Shown: one piece after another, positions 21,032-30,489 of the stretch
Position numbering within the stretch: position 1 is the stretch's first letter
Layout of the letters: every line of letters begins with the position of its first letter
From: Fidelibacterota bacterium 408169
GTDB lineage: Bacteria; Fidelibacterota; Marinisomatia; Marinisomatales; TCS55
Length of the DNA: 64,000 nt
Reading direction: 5' to 3'
NCBI GenBank assembly: GCA_002256485.1
Contig: NNSG01000001.1
Location: forward strand, 64,017 to 128,016
The notes under the pieces: model-generated
The model's database searches: none
Seen by the model: only the letters and a program-made list of their open reading frames with translations
Told to the model about the DNA's origin: nothing
Position numbers and translations under genes: made by a program

Positions 21032-21041
21032 GGACTGCACG

Positions 21042-21884
21042 ATGACCAATGAAAACAAAATTCAATTATTTCAAGAGCAGAAAGTCAGAACTCATTGGGA
21101 TGATGAGAAGGAGAAGTGGTATTTTTCAATCGTAGATGTGGTGGCGATTCTTTCACAGAGTATCAATCCTCAAGCATACTGGAGAAAATTAAAGGAGCGC
21201 CTTAAAAAAGAAGGCAATCAAACCGTGACAAAATGTCACGGTTTAAAAATGCTTGCAGCAGACAACAAAATGAGAATGACCGATGTTGCTGACACTGAAC
21301 AATTATTACGTTTGATTCAATCCATTCCTTCGCCGAAAGCAGAGCCCTTTAAAGTGTGGTTGGCGGAAGTGGGATCAGAACGGATTGATGAAATAGAAGA
21401 CCCGGAACTGGCTTTTGACAGAGCAATGGAAACGTATCTGAAAAAGGGATATTCAAAAGAGTGGATTAATCAACGCTTAAAAAGTATTGAAGTCCGAAAA
21501 GAACTCACTGATGAATGGGATGAAAGAGGAGTGAAAAAAGGACTGGAGTATGCAATCCTCACAAATGAAATCACTGAAGCATGGAGCGGGTTTGAAGTAA
21601 AAGATTATAAGAAATTCAAAGAATTGAAAAAAGAAAACCTCCGGGACAATATGAGTAATTTAGAATTGGTACTCAATATGTTGGCAGAAGCAACAACAAT
21701 AGAAATAAGCAAAGAGAAAAAACCGAAAACATTTGACGAGAACAAAACGATTGCTAAACAGGGTGAAACCATTGCCGGAAATACACGAAAAGAGATAGAA
21801 GAAAAGACAGGGAAAAAAGTAGTGACAAAACTTTCTTCTCGAAAATATTTGGAAAATCAAAAAGATGAAAAGAATGTTCACTAA
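21042..21884 (+). CDS. Bro-N domain (phage antirepressor-like) DNA-binding protein
   Basis: WYFSIVDVV...YWRKLKERL...LKMLAADNKMRMTD...LIQSIPSPKAEPFKVWLA; start set at ATG 21042. Confidence 0.85.
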   Translation: MTNENKIQLFQEQKVRTHWDDEKEKWYFSIVDVVAILSQSINPQAYWRKLKERLKKEGNQTVTKCHGLKMLAADNKMRMTDVADTEQLLRLIQSIPSPKAEPFKVWLAEVGSERIDEIEDPELAFDRAMETYLKKGYSKEWINQRLKSIEVRKELTDEWDERGVKKGLEYAILTNEITEAWSGFEVKDYKKFKELKKENLRDNMSNLELVLNMLAEATTIEISKEKKPKTFDENKTIAKQGETIAGNTRKEIEEKTGKKVVTKLSSRKYLENQKDEKNVH

Positions 21885-22326
21885 AACACGCATTTCCGTA
21901 TTCGGCGGCAGGGACATTACCGACGGTATTTATAACGATGCCTACGAATTGGGTAAACTTCTTGCGAAGGAAGGATTCCTCGTTTATTGCGGTGGGGGAA
22001 ATGGTGTCATGGAAGCGGTATCGAAAGGGGTCCATGAAGGTGGCGGTACAATTGTAGGCGTATTAAAAGGCGACTCCCTGGAAGAAATGAATGATTATAT
22101 TTCCGTTCCAATGGCAACTAATATGGGTATCACACGAAATGCGCTATTAGCGTATAACTGCGATGCAGCCGTGGCCATCAGCGGGAAATATGGTACATTA
22201 TCTGAAATCGCCTTTGCCATGCAATTGGAAAAACCGGTGGTGGGTCTCCATAGCTGGGATTTGGATAATTTAAAAAATGTAAATACACCAGATGAAGTTA
22301 TTCAATTTCTTAAAGAGAATACTTAA
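21865..22326 (+). CDS. LOG/TIGR00725-family nucleotide-binding protein
   Basis: CGGGNGVMEAVSKG, RNALL, GKYGTLSEIAFA. Confidence 0.88.
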   Translation: MKRMFTKTRISVFGGRDITDGIYNDAYELGKLLAKEGFLVYCGGGNGVMEAVSKGVHEGGGTIVGVLKGDSLEEMNDYISVPMATNMGITRNALLAYNCDAAVAISGKYGTLSEIAFAMQLEKPVVGLHSWDLDNLKNVNTPDEVIQFLKENT

Positions 22327-22421
22327 AGTAAATCATTAAATATGGAGTATTGGATAAATGTGCGATTACGATTTACCAATTATCCGGTTTTCCAATATTC
22401 CAATCATATCGAATTTTAATA

Positions 22422-22694
22422 ATGAAAGCTTTTAAAGCAATAGTATCCGGTAAAGTCCAGGGAGTATGGTTTCGAGATTCGACTCGTTCAGAGGCCAATA
22501 AACTCAATCTTGTTGGCTGGGTGCGAAATCTCTCTGATGGAACTGTGGAAGTGTGTGCAGAAGGCAATGAAAGTGAACTGCAAAAGCTGGTTGAATGGCT
22601 GTATGTAGGTTCTCCCAGGTCCAAAGTGAAAAATGTGGACGTAGAATGGAGAGCATCCACCGGTGAATTTTCACAATTCGAAATGAGGTTTTGA
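22422..22694 (+). CDS. acyP: Acylphosphatase
   Basis: SGKVQGVWFR, GWVRNLSDGTVE; start set at ATG 22422. Confidence 0.93.
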   Translation: MKAFKAIVSGKVQGVWFRDSTRSEANKLNLVGWVRNLSDGTVEVCAEGNESELQKLVEWLYVGSPRSKVKNVDVEWRASTGEFSQFEMRF

Positions 22695-24310
22695 TGAAAG
22701 TTGCTCTCTGTCAAGTCAATCCAACAGTAGGTGCTTTTAGCTCAAATAAAGAGCTTATCCTTGAAAATTATAATAAAGCCATTGATGGCGGTGCTGATCT
22801 GGTGGTTTTTCCGGAAATGGTCATTACCGGATATCCTGTTGCAGATCTGTTATATGAGAAAGGATTTATTGATGAAAATATGTCAGTATTGGGGGATATT
22901 ACTGATAAAACGACTGTTCCATTGATATTGGGGTATATACACAAGGAAAATGGGAATTTATTCAATTCTGCCGCTGTATGTGTTAATGGAAAACAAATAT
23001 ATCATTACGACAAATTATTATTGCCTACATATGATGTTTTTGATGAGGATCGATATTTTACTGCAGGAACTGAATTAGGATTGTGTGATCTTGAAATTGG
23101 TGGAAAATCAGTCAAACTGGGACTTGAGATATGTGAAGATCTTTGGGATGCTGAATATGAATGTAAAGTGTCTTCAGAATTACAAAAAGCGGGCGCTGAT
23201 TGTATCATTAATATTTCTGCATCACCTTACCACGAATTGCGATTGAACGAACGATTGATCCTTGTTAAAAATAAAGTCCAGGAGACGAATCTGCCTTTTT
23301 ATTATTGTAATCTGGTGGGAGCTCAAGATGAACTCGTTTTCGATGGACAATCTTTAGCCATGAATGGGCAAGGAGAATTAATTGGTTTAGGCAAAATATT
23401 TTCGGAAGAGATCATTGAAATCGACACTGAATCATCAACCTGCATTGATCTCCCAAACAATGATCGTGAAGGGGAAATGTATCACGCTCTTCTGTTGGGA
23501 GTAAAAGACTATTTCAGAAAAACCGGACATAAAGAAGCTGTTATCGGATTGAGTGGTGGTATTGATTCTGCATTGGTGGCGTGCATTGCTGCGGATGCTC
23601 TGGGAAAAGAAAACGTCCATGGCGTGTCTATGCCGTCGGTATTTTCCAGTGAGCACAGTAAAGATGATGCCCGAAAATTGGCTGATAATCTCGGAATCGA
23701 TTATCAAACCATTCCCATTCCGGTCATTGTGGACGAGTATGAAAAAACACTTCAGCCTTATTTTGAAAAAACAGAACGGAATGTGGCTGAAGAAAATATA
23801 CAAGCAAGAGTTCGTGGAAATCTCCTTATGGCATTGTCTAATAAACATCACTGGTTGGTGTTGTCCACGGGAAATAAAACTGAACTGGCGTTGGGTTACT
23901 GCACATTATACGGCGATATGAGCGGAGGTCTGGCAGTTATATCAGACCTGTCAAAAGTAGATGTGTATGGTGTATCCAAGTGGGTGAATAAATTTGCCGG
24001 ATTTGAACGAATTCCTGAAAATTGCATTACCAAACCTCCATCTGCAGAATTGGCTCCGGATCAAGTGGATCCATTTGATTATGATATTGTCAGCCCCTTG
24101 GTAGAGTCCATCATTGAAGAACGAAGGTCACCATCACAATTGGCAGCAGAAGGTCATGAAAAAGCACTTGTTGAGGATTTATACCAAAAGATCAGGATCA
24201 ATGAATACAAACGCCGTCAGGCAGCTCCGGGAATTCGCGTAACGAATAAAGCATTTGGTACTGGCCGGCGCATGCCCATTGTAAATCATTATAAAGGAAA
24301 AAATTCGTGA
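22694..24310 (+). CDS. nadE: Glutamine-dependent NAD+ synthetase
   Basis: Nitrilase domain with E-K-C triad (FPE, YDK, ICED) plus GLSGGIDS, ENIQARVRG, STGNKTE, PPSAEL. Confidence 0.97.
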   Translation: MKVALCQVNPTVGAFSSNKELILENYNKAIDGGADLVVFPEMVITGYPVADLLYEKGFIDENMSVLGDITDKTTVPLILGYIHKENGNLFNSAAVCVNGKQIYHYDKLLLPTYDVFDEDRYFTAGTELGLCDLEIGGKSVKLGLEICEDLWDAEYECKVSSELQKAGADCIINISASPYHELRLNERLILVKNKVQETNLPFYYCNLVGAQDELVFDGQSLAMNGQGELIGLGKIFSEEIIEIDTESSTCIDLPNNDREGEMYHALLLGVKDYFRKTGHKEAVIGLSGGIDSALVACIAADALGKENVHGVSMPSVFSSEHSKDDARKLADNLGIDYQTIPIPVIVDEYEKTLQPYFEKTERNVAEENIQARVRGNLLMALSNKHHWLVLSTGNKTELALGYCTLYGDMSGGLAVISDLSKVDVYGVSKWVNKFAGFERIPENCITKPPSAELAPDQVDPFDYDIVSPLVESIIEERRSPSQLAAEGHEKALVEDLYQKIRINEYKRRQAAPGIRVTNKAFGTGRRMPIVNHYKGKNS

Positions 24311-24726
24311 AGTTAATTATCACTTTTTGTTTGATCGTTTCCATCAATGCTCAAGACAGAACTCCAGCCGAATTTTGGTACGGAATGAATGAGAATGAAA
24401 AAGTCTCATTTGTCAATGGAGCTTATTCTGCAGTTTCTGTCATGAAAAGCCATCATCAGCGTCAAGTAAAAGAACAATACCTCGGAAATGATAATTGGGT
24501 ACGACCTTATTATATTGATAGATATTATGAAATCGCTGATGAACATATATCTAAAGAAGTAGAAGGGAATATAAATATTATTTCACAGGCCATGGATGCA
24601 TTTTATTCCAATTCAGATAATGGAAATATTCCTGTGATGGAGGCCATACGCATTGTATCCATGGTTCAGGATGGTGATCTCCAAAAGGCAAACCTCTATC
24701 TCATCAAAGCACAAAGGAAGTATTAA
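24307..24726 (+). CDS. Hypothetical exported protein
   Basis: Signal-peptide-like N-terminus; overlaps the nadE stop (GTGA). Confidence 0.7.
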   Translation: MKLIITFCLIVSINAQDRTPAEFWYGMNENEKVSFVNGAYSAVSVMKSHHQRQVKEQYLGNDNWVRPYYIDRYYEIADEHISKEVEGNINIISQAMDAFYSNSDNGNIPVMEAIRIVSMVQDGDLQKANLYLIKAQRKY

Positions 24727-24755
24727 TTGGAATAGGATATAGATTGTATAGTATC

Positions 24756-24771
24756 ATTATGATATCATAAT
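24756..24771. promoter_or_regulatory. Perfect 16-bp palindrome, putative HicB operator
   Basis: ATTATGATATCATAAT ends 2 nt before the hicA ATG. Confidence 0.65.
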
Positions 24772-24773
24772 TT

Positions 24774-24968
24774 ATGCCAAGAAAATTACGCCAATTAATA
24801 AAAGAACTTGAAAAAGCAGGCTTCAAAAATCGTGGTGGGAAAGGTAGCCACCGAAATTACATTCATCCTAAAGGGTCAGTTTTAACATTATCTGGAAAAA
24901 TAAATTCTGATGCTAAATATTATCAGGAAAAATTAGTTAAGGAAAAAATAAAAGAATCAAAAAAATGA
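24774..24968 (+). CDS. hicA: HicA-family toxin (mRNA interferase)
   Basis: 64 aa basic protein, LEKAGF...GKGSHRNYIHP. Confidence 0.9.
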   Translation: MPRKLRQLIKELEKAGFKNRGGKGSHRNYIHPKGSVLTLSGKINSDAKYYQEKLVKEKIKESKK

Positions 24969-25297
24969 AATTGCGAGATAAGTACTTAAAAATTGTAGAA
25001 TGGTCAGAAAAAGACAATTGTTATATTGGATCAGTACCGGGGTGGATTGGTAATTGCTGCCATGGAGACAATGAAGAAAAAGTATATAAAGAATTATGTC
25101 AAATTCTTGATGAGTGGATTAAAATTTATAGAGAAGATGGAAAAGAACTTCCGAATCCAACTAACAAAGAATATTCCGGAAAATTTATATTAAGAACAGG
25201 CCCGGAGTTGCATAAGGCCTTAGCTGTACGGGCTGTTTCTGAAGGCGATAGCTTAAATAAATATATAGTTAAAAAATTGAAAAAAACGTTAAACTGA
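24965..25297 (+). CDS. hicB: HicB-family antitoxin with C-terminal RHH
   Basis: VEWSEKDNCYIG...HGD...YSGKFILRTGPELHKALA; ATGA overlap with hicA. Confidence 0.9.
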   Translation: MKLRDKYLKIVEWSEKDNCYIGSVPGWIGNCCHGDNEEKVYKELCQILDEWIKIYREDGKELPNPTNKEYSGKFILRTGPELHKALAVRAVSEGDSLNKYIVKKLKKTLN

Positions 25298-25392
25298 TCA
25301 AAAAAATAATCTCATTTTCCAAATCCATTTCCAAACTTTTAATCCTAATCTTAATCTAAACATCTAATTCAATACTCCGTAATTTCCGACCC

Positions 25393-27195
25393 ATGTCCAC
25401 AGCCCATATACGCAATTTTTGTATCATCGCCCACATAGATCACGGCAAGTCTACACTGGCTGATCGTCTATTAGAAGAAACCCACACCCTTTCAAAAAAA
25501 CAAATGAAATCCCAAGTCCTTGACAGCATGGATTTGGAACGTGAGCGGGGGATAACCATCAAAAGCCATCCCATCCAAATGCACTATCAGCACAGCGATG
25601 GGATTGAATATATCTTCAATTTGATCGATACTCCCGGACACGTGGATTTTTCATATGAAGTGAGTCGGTCATTGGCGGCCTGTGAAGGTGCTCTACTTTT
25701 AGTAGATGCTGCTCAAGGAGTCGAAGCGCAAACGGTGAGTAATACCTATTTGGCCATTGAGAATGACCTCGCTTTAATTCCTGTGATTAATAAGATCGAT
25801 TTGCCCGGTGCCCGCATAGATGAAGTGACCGATCAATTGGTGGAACTCATCGGCTGTAATCCGAGTGAAGTGATTAAGGTCAGCGCCAAGGACGGAAGCG
25901 GTATTGAAGATATTTTTCAAGCAATTGTCGAACGAATTTCTGCTCCAATGTACAACGATGATGCACCACTTAGAGCATTGATCTTTGATTCTGTGTATGA
26001 CAATTATAAAGGCGCAATTCCATATATCCGCGTGATGGATGGTGTGTTAAAGCCGGGTACCAGCGCAAAGTTTTTTGCCCACAATCATGTTTATGATGTG
26101 TCTGAAGTGGGTCATTTTATATTGAATCAGGTAAAAGCCAAAGAACTGCGCTCTGGTGATGTGGGATATGTTCTGGCCAGTGTTCGTGATGTGGAGCATG
26201 TTCGTCCTGGGGATACACTGACTACTAAGGAAAACCCTGCATCTAAAGCGTTGCACGGCTATAAGCAAATGCAGCCCATGGTTTTTTCAGGTCTATATCC
26301 ATCAGACAGCGACGATTATGAACAACTGCGAACTGCACTTGATAAACTCAAATTGAATGATGCATCGCTCATATATGAACCGGAAACGAGCGAAGCGTTA
26401 GGCTTTGGGTTTCGTTGTGGATTTTTAGGACTGCTCCATATGGAAATTATCCAAGAGCGATTGGAAAGGGAATTTGATTTAGCGTTGGTTACAACTTCAC
26501 CCAATGTGGGTTATAAAGTTACGGTGAAAGATGGAACGGAAATTGAAGTCCATACTCCTGCAGATATGCCTTTGACAGGAAGAATAATGGAAATCAAAGA
26601 ACCATTTGTTTCTGCAGAGATTATTACACCCAAAGAATATATTGGTAGTCTGATGAAGTTGTGTCAGAAAAAACGGGGTATTTATATCAATACAGATTAT
26701 TTAACCAAAGATAAGGCACAACTTCATTATGAGCTTCCATTAGCAGAGATCATTTTCGATTTCTACGATAAATTGAAATCTGTGTCTCGGGGCTACGCAT
26801 CACTAGATTATTCATTTATTGATTATCGTTCGGGAAATTTGAAAAAACTGGATATACTTCTTTCGGGGGAACAAGTGGATGCTTTGTCGATAATAACCCA
26901 TGCGGATGATGCATTTCATCGGGGGCAGGCATTATGTTCAAAACTGAAAGAACTGATTCCACAACAATTATTTGAAGTGGCAATTCAAGCTTCATTGGGA
27001 ACGAAAATTATTTCAAGATCTACTGTTAAAGCTCTACGTAAAAATGTGACTGCCAAATGTTATGGTGGCGACATTACTCGAAAACGAAAACTGTGGGAAA
27101 AGCAGAAAGAAGGTAAAAAACGTATGAAAAAAGTGGGCAAAGTTGAAATCCCGCAAGAAGCATTATTGGCGGTATTGCAAATTGATAATGATTAA
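25393..27195 (+). CDS. lepA: Elongation factor 4
   Basis: [54 protein letters not shown]. Confidence 0.99.
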   Translation: MSTAHIRNFCIIAHIDHGKSTLADRLLEETHTLSKKQMKSQVLDSMDLERERGITIKSHPIQMHYQHSDGIEYIFNLIDTPGHVDFSYEVSRSLAACEGALLLVDAAQGVEAQTVSNTYLAIENDLALIPVINKIDLPGARIDEVTDQLVELIGCNPSEVIKVSAKDGSGIEDIFQAIVERISAPMYNDDAPLRALIFDSVYDNYKGAIPYIRVMDGVLKPGTSAKFFAHNHVYDVSEVGHFILNQVKAKELRSGDVGYVLASVRDVEHVRPGDTLTTKENPASKALHGYKQMQPMVFSGLYPSDSDDYEQLRTALDKLKLNDASLIYEPETSEALGFGFRCGFLGLLHMEIIQERLEREFDLALVTTSPNVGYKVTVKDGTEIEVHTPADMPLTGRIMEIKEPFVSAEIITPKEYIGSLMKLCQKKRGIYINTDYLTKDKAQLHYELPLAEIIFDFYDKLKSVSRGYASLDYSFIDYRSGNLKKLDILLSGEQVDALSIITHADDAFHRGQALCSKLKELIPQQLFEVAIQASLGTKIISRSTVKALRKNVTAKCYGGDITRKRKLWEKQKEGKKRMKKVGKVEIPQEALLAVLQIDND

Positions 27196-27266
27196 TAAAG
27201 TGTTAATGAAAAATACTTTCAATCTCGTATACCGATTGTAAGAATGAATTTAATTAACCGGCGATA

Positions 27267-28001
27267 ATGACTGATCAAGACAAAACTTACTGGACAGAAA
27301 CTCATTCTCCGTTATACAGTTTTGTATTTACGCTGCCCTTATTTATTTTGTATGAGTTGGGAATGTTATTGTTATCATCAGAGGATATTTTCGTATTGAG
27401 AAATGGAGCAGATGTTCTCATGCGCCAGATTTTAGGATTATTCGGTGTCTATGGAGCTTATGGATTCAGCGCTACGTTTATGATTGGATTTTCCATTGCT
27501 TTTTTGCGACAAAAGAAACACTTAAAATCCATGGTGATTCGAGGTGAATATTTATTAACCATGTTTTTCGAAAGTATTTTGTATAGCGCATTACTTTTTG
27601 TTTTACTCGGATTTTTTCAAACACTGATGATGTCACCAGCGTCTACACAGTTATTCCAACAGATTGTTTTATCTTTAGGAGCTGGGATTTATGAAGAATT
27701 TGTGTTCAGGGTTGTGATGATCACAGGTGTGGCTGCTTTACTGGGATTTATTTTTCAGTGGGAAAAAACAGCGAGATATTCTGGGGGAGTCCTTATCGCG
27801 GCGGGGATTTTTTCCATGTTTCATTTTGTGGGAGAATTTGGCGATATTTTTTCACTGAATTTATTTATGATTCGCTTTTTTGCCGGTGTATTATTGGGTA
27901 TAGTATACGCCTTACGAGGATTTGGTATAGCTGCATATACCCATGCAATTTATAATTTGAGTGTATTAACAATATTAACAACTAACGAAACTATAGGATA
28001 A
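27267..28001 (+). CDS. CPBP/Abi-family intramembrane glutamic protease
   Basis: AGIYEEFVFR, FSMFH, HAIYN, multiple TM helices. Confidence 0.85.
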   Translation: MTDQDKTYWTETHSPLYSFVFTLPLFILYELGMLLLSSEDIFVLRNGADVLMRQILGLFGVYGAYGFSATFMIGFSIAFLRQKKHLKSMVIRGEYLLTMFFESILYSALLFVLLGFFQTLMMSPASTQLFQQIVLSLGAGIYEEFVFRVVMITGVAALLGFIFQWEKTARYSGGVLIAAGIFSMFHFVGEFGDIFSLNLFMIRFFAGVLLGIVYALRGFGIAAYTHAIYNLSVLTILTTNETIG

Positions 28002-28005
28002 AATA

Positions 28006-28851
28006 ATGAAAATAAAATTATCATATCTCATTATATTCATTTTCACCTTTATTCATGCTGAACAATATTTAGATGCTATAAACATTAGAGTCTATCCAGA
28101 ATATTATTACAAAGGTGTCATGGCTGAAATTGAAGCTATTGTTGTTGCTGATTCAGAATCAGAGACAATTTCAATAACGCTACCATCTATTACTGATTCC
28201 GTCTTTTTTATCGGTGGTATTCCCAGTCCTGATAGTGAAGTCATTCCATTAACGATTTTGGAAGATGGGTCGAAAAGTAAAGTTGAATTCAGTGCCAAAA
28301 TTGCTCAATTCAGGCTGTTCGTTTTTTACAATCCATTTGATAGCGGCCATGAAAAAAATCTGGTTTGGCCTACTGGTTCAAACTTTGCCATGAAGAATGT
28401 TCATTTATCTGTACAGGTTCCTGTGATGGCAGAACAGTTTGAGTTATCAAGAAAAGTTTCTTCAGAAGATACTGATCAGCATGGGATTTTGTTTAAGAGT
28501 ATTCATTTTGGCGATATTCCTGCAAATAAAGTGGAAGAGATTGAAGCATCCTATTTTAATGCAAGCGGTCAAACGACGATTGAAGCTCTACGCGCACAGC
28601 TGAGTCAACCAAAAGCACAAAGTCCCAATCCCGAGGTAAATCATGACAAACCAAAAAGACACACGTTGCTCTTATGGGAACCCATTGCAATTCTCGGTGT
28701 TTTATCCATCATCATTGGTATTATGTATTTTTCATCAAACAAAAAAGTGACCCACACAAAGAAAGAGAATAAGAACTTTTGCACAAGCTGTGGGAATAAA
28801 CTGAAAGACAACGATAAATTCTGTTCGAACTGTGGAGAAAAAGTGTCATGA
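28006..28851 (+). CDS. Exported-domain membrane protein with C-terminal zinc ribbon
   Basis: Signal peptide, single C-terminal TM helix, FCTSCG...FCSNCG. Confidence 0.75.
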   Translation: MKIKLSYLIIFIFTFIHAEQYLDAINIRVYPEYYYKGVMAEIEAIVVADSESETISITLPSITDSVFFIGGIPSPDSEVIPLTILEDGSKSKVEFSAKIAQFRLFVFYNPFDSGHEKNLVWPTGSNFAMKNVHLSVQVPVMAEQFELSRKVSSEDTDQHGILFKSIHFGDIPANKVEEIEASYFNASGQTTIEALRAQLSQPKAQSPNPEVNHDKPKRHTLLLWEPIAILGVLSIIIGIMYFSSNKKVTHTKKENKNFCTSCGNKLKDNDKFCSNCGEKVS

Positions 28852-29660
28852 TTCCTGTTTTATTTGAAATTGGACCTATTAAGATTTATTCTTTTGGTTT
28901 TATGCTGGTTGTGGCTTTTTATAGCTGTTTCTATCTGTTGCAAAAAGATATGAAACGCCTGGAGTACAATAATAAGCTTGCATCTGATATGGTTTTTGCA
29001 GCAGCAGTAGGTGGAATTCTCGGATCCAAGATTTATTATTTAATTGAGAATTTTGGCCGTGTAATTGATGATCCAATTGGTATGATTTTCAGTGGATCCG
29101 GATTGGTTTTTCTTGGTGGACTTATGGGTGGAACGCTGGGCGTGACACTTGTACTGCGGAAAAATAATTTACCATGGCTAACATTTGCCGATATAGTTGC
29201 TCCCTTATTGATTTTGGGTTATGCCATTGGCAGGGTAGGATGTTTTCTTGTGGGAGATGATTATGGAATTCCAACACATTTACCTTGGGGAGTCCCATTT
29301 GAAAATGGTCTACCGCCGTCAACATATCATGTGTTTGATTTGTATTACCCCTGGGTAGACTTATCCGGATTTGAACCTGGGTTACTTACAGTTCATCCAA
29401 CTCAATTGTATGAAGTTGCCTTTGGTTTTGCTATTTTCGCATATTTATGGAACAAGCGAACGCATGTTAAGGTTGTAGGCAGTTTATTCTTTACATACCT
29501 TATTTTGGCCGGGATTGAACGTTTTGTCATCGAATTCATCCGCACCAACGATCGCTATCTCTTTGGTTTGACCGGTTCACAACTGATTTCATTCGCGATG
29601 ATTATTATTGGCACAACTGCATTAATTCGGCCTTTTTCACTACCGAAATCAAATACGTAA
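28848..29660 (+). CDS. lgt: Prolipoprotein diacylglyceryl transferase
   Basis: GLVFLGG, IGRVGCFL, HPTQLYE, RFVIEFIR. Confidence 0.95.
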   Translation: MIPVLFEIGPIKIYSFGFMLVVAFYSCFYLLQKDMKRLEYNNKLASDMVFAAAVGGILGSKIYYLIENFGRVIDDPIGMIFSGSGLVFLGGLMGGTLGVTLVLRKNNLPWLTFADIVAPLLILGYAIGRVGCFLVGDDYGIPTHLPWGVPFENGLPPSTYHVFDLYYPWVDLSGFEPGLLTVHPTQLYEVAFGFAIFAYLWNKRTHVKVVGSLFFTYLILAGIERFVIEFIRTNDRYLFGLTGSQLISFAMIIIGTTALIRPFSLPKSNT

Positions 29661-29667
29661 ACTCTTG

Positions 29668-30489
29668 ATGAAACGCTTGCTTGCCTGTCTTGGGCTGTTG
29701 GCGGCGTGTTTGGCCCAAGAGCCTTTATTCACTCTAAAGGAATTCAAACTCTCTAAAATTTTTGAAGCCGATTTTTCGCCGCAGCGCGTAGCTGCGCTGG
29801 GAGATGATCAATTTGTTCTCCTTGATCAAAAATCGAATGAATTAATTCTCGTTTCGAATGATCGAATCATTCAGCGAACGGGTGGGTTTGGGCAGAATGT
29901 CGATTCATTTACAGAACCGGTAGATCTCATGGTTCATAATTTGCAAATATGGGTGTGTGATCGATATGAAAATACAGTGAAACGGTTAGATTATAAGCTC
30001 AATTTATTGGGTATTGATAATGTGATTTCAAATGATTACGATCCATTTTATCCGGATCTGATAACTGGTAATCCATTTGGAAAAGCCCATGTCTTTTCGC
30101 GTCAATACGGGCAGTTATTGTCCATGGATAATTCAATCAGAGTGCTTATAGATTTAAATCAATATGGTATTGACGGACGATGCATAATGGATTTAAAAAC
30201 CGACAATGCAGGAAATATTGCTCTTTTATCCTGTGAAAGTAAAATTATTTTATTCAATCGATTTGGCAGAAAATCCAGAATGTCTCTCGTCCATATTGAC
30301 GATCCAATTCATATTATCCATTGGTCAAATGACTGGGTTGTTTTGAACAGTCAGGGTGAAATAGAATCGTACTCTGGAGATGTGAATGCTTTACCCATCC
30401 GTGAAAATGAAACAATACTCGATGCAGATGTATATTTTCAATATCTTATCATTTTGACTGACCAACGCATTTTGGTGTTAAAAAAGTAA
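29668..30489 (+). CDS. Hypothetical exported protein, beta-propeller (NHL-like)
   Basis: Signal peptide; GGFGQNVDSFTEPVDL...WVCD resembles an NHL repeat. Confidence 0.6.
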   Translation: MKRLLACLGLLAACLAQEPLFTLKEFKLSKIFEADFSPQRVAALGDDQFVLLDQKSNELILVSNDRIIQRTGGFGQNVDSFTEPVDLMVHNLQIWVCDRYENTVKRLDYKLNLLGIDNVISNDYDPFYPDLITGNPFGKAHVFSRQYGQLLSMDNSIRVLIDLNQYGIDGRCIMDLKTDNAGNIALLSCESKIILFNRFGRKSRMSLVHIDDPIHIIHWSNDWVVLNSQGEIESYSGDVNALPIRENETILDADVYFQYLIILTDQRILVLKK

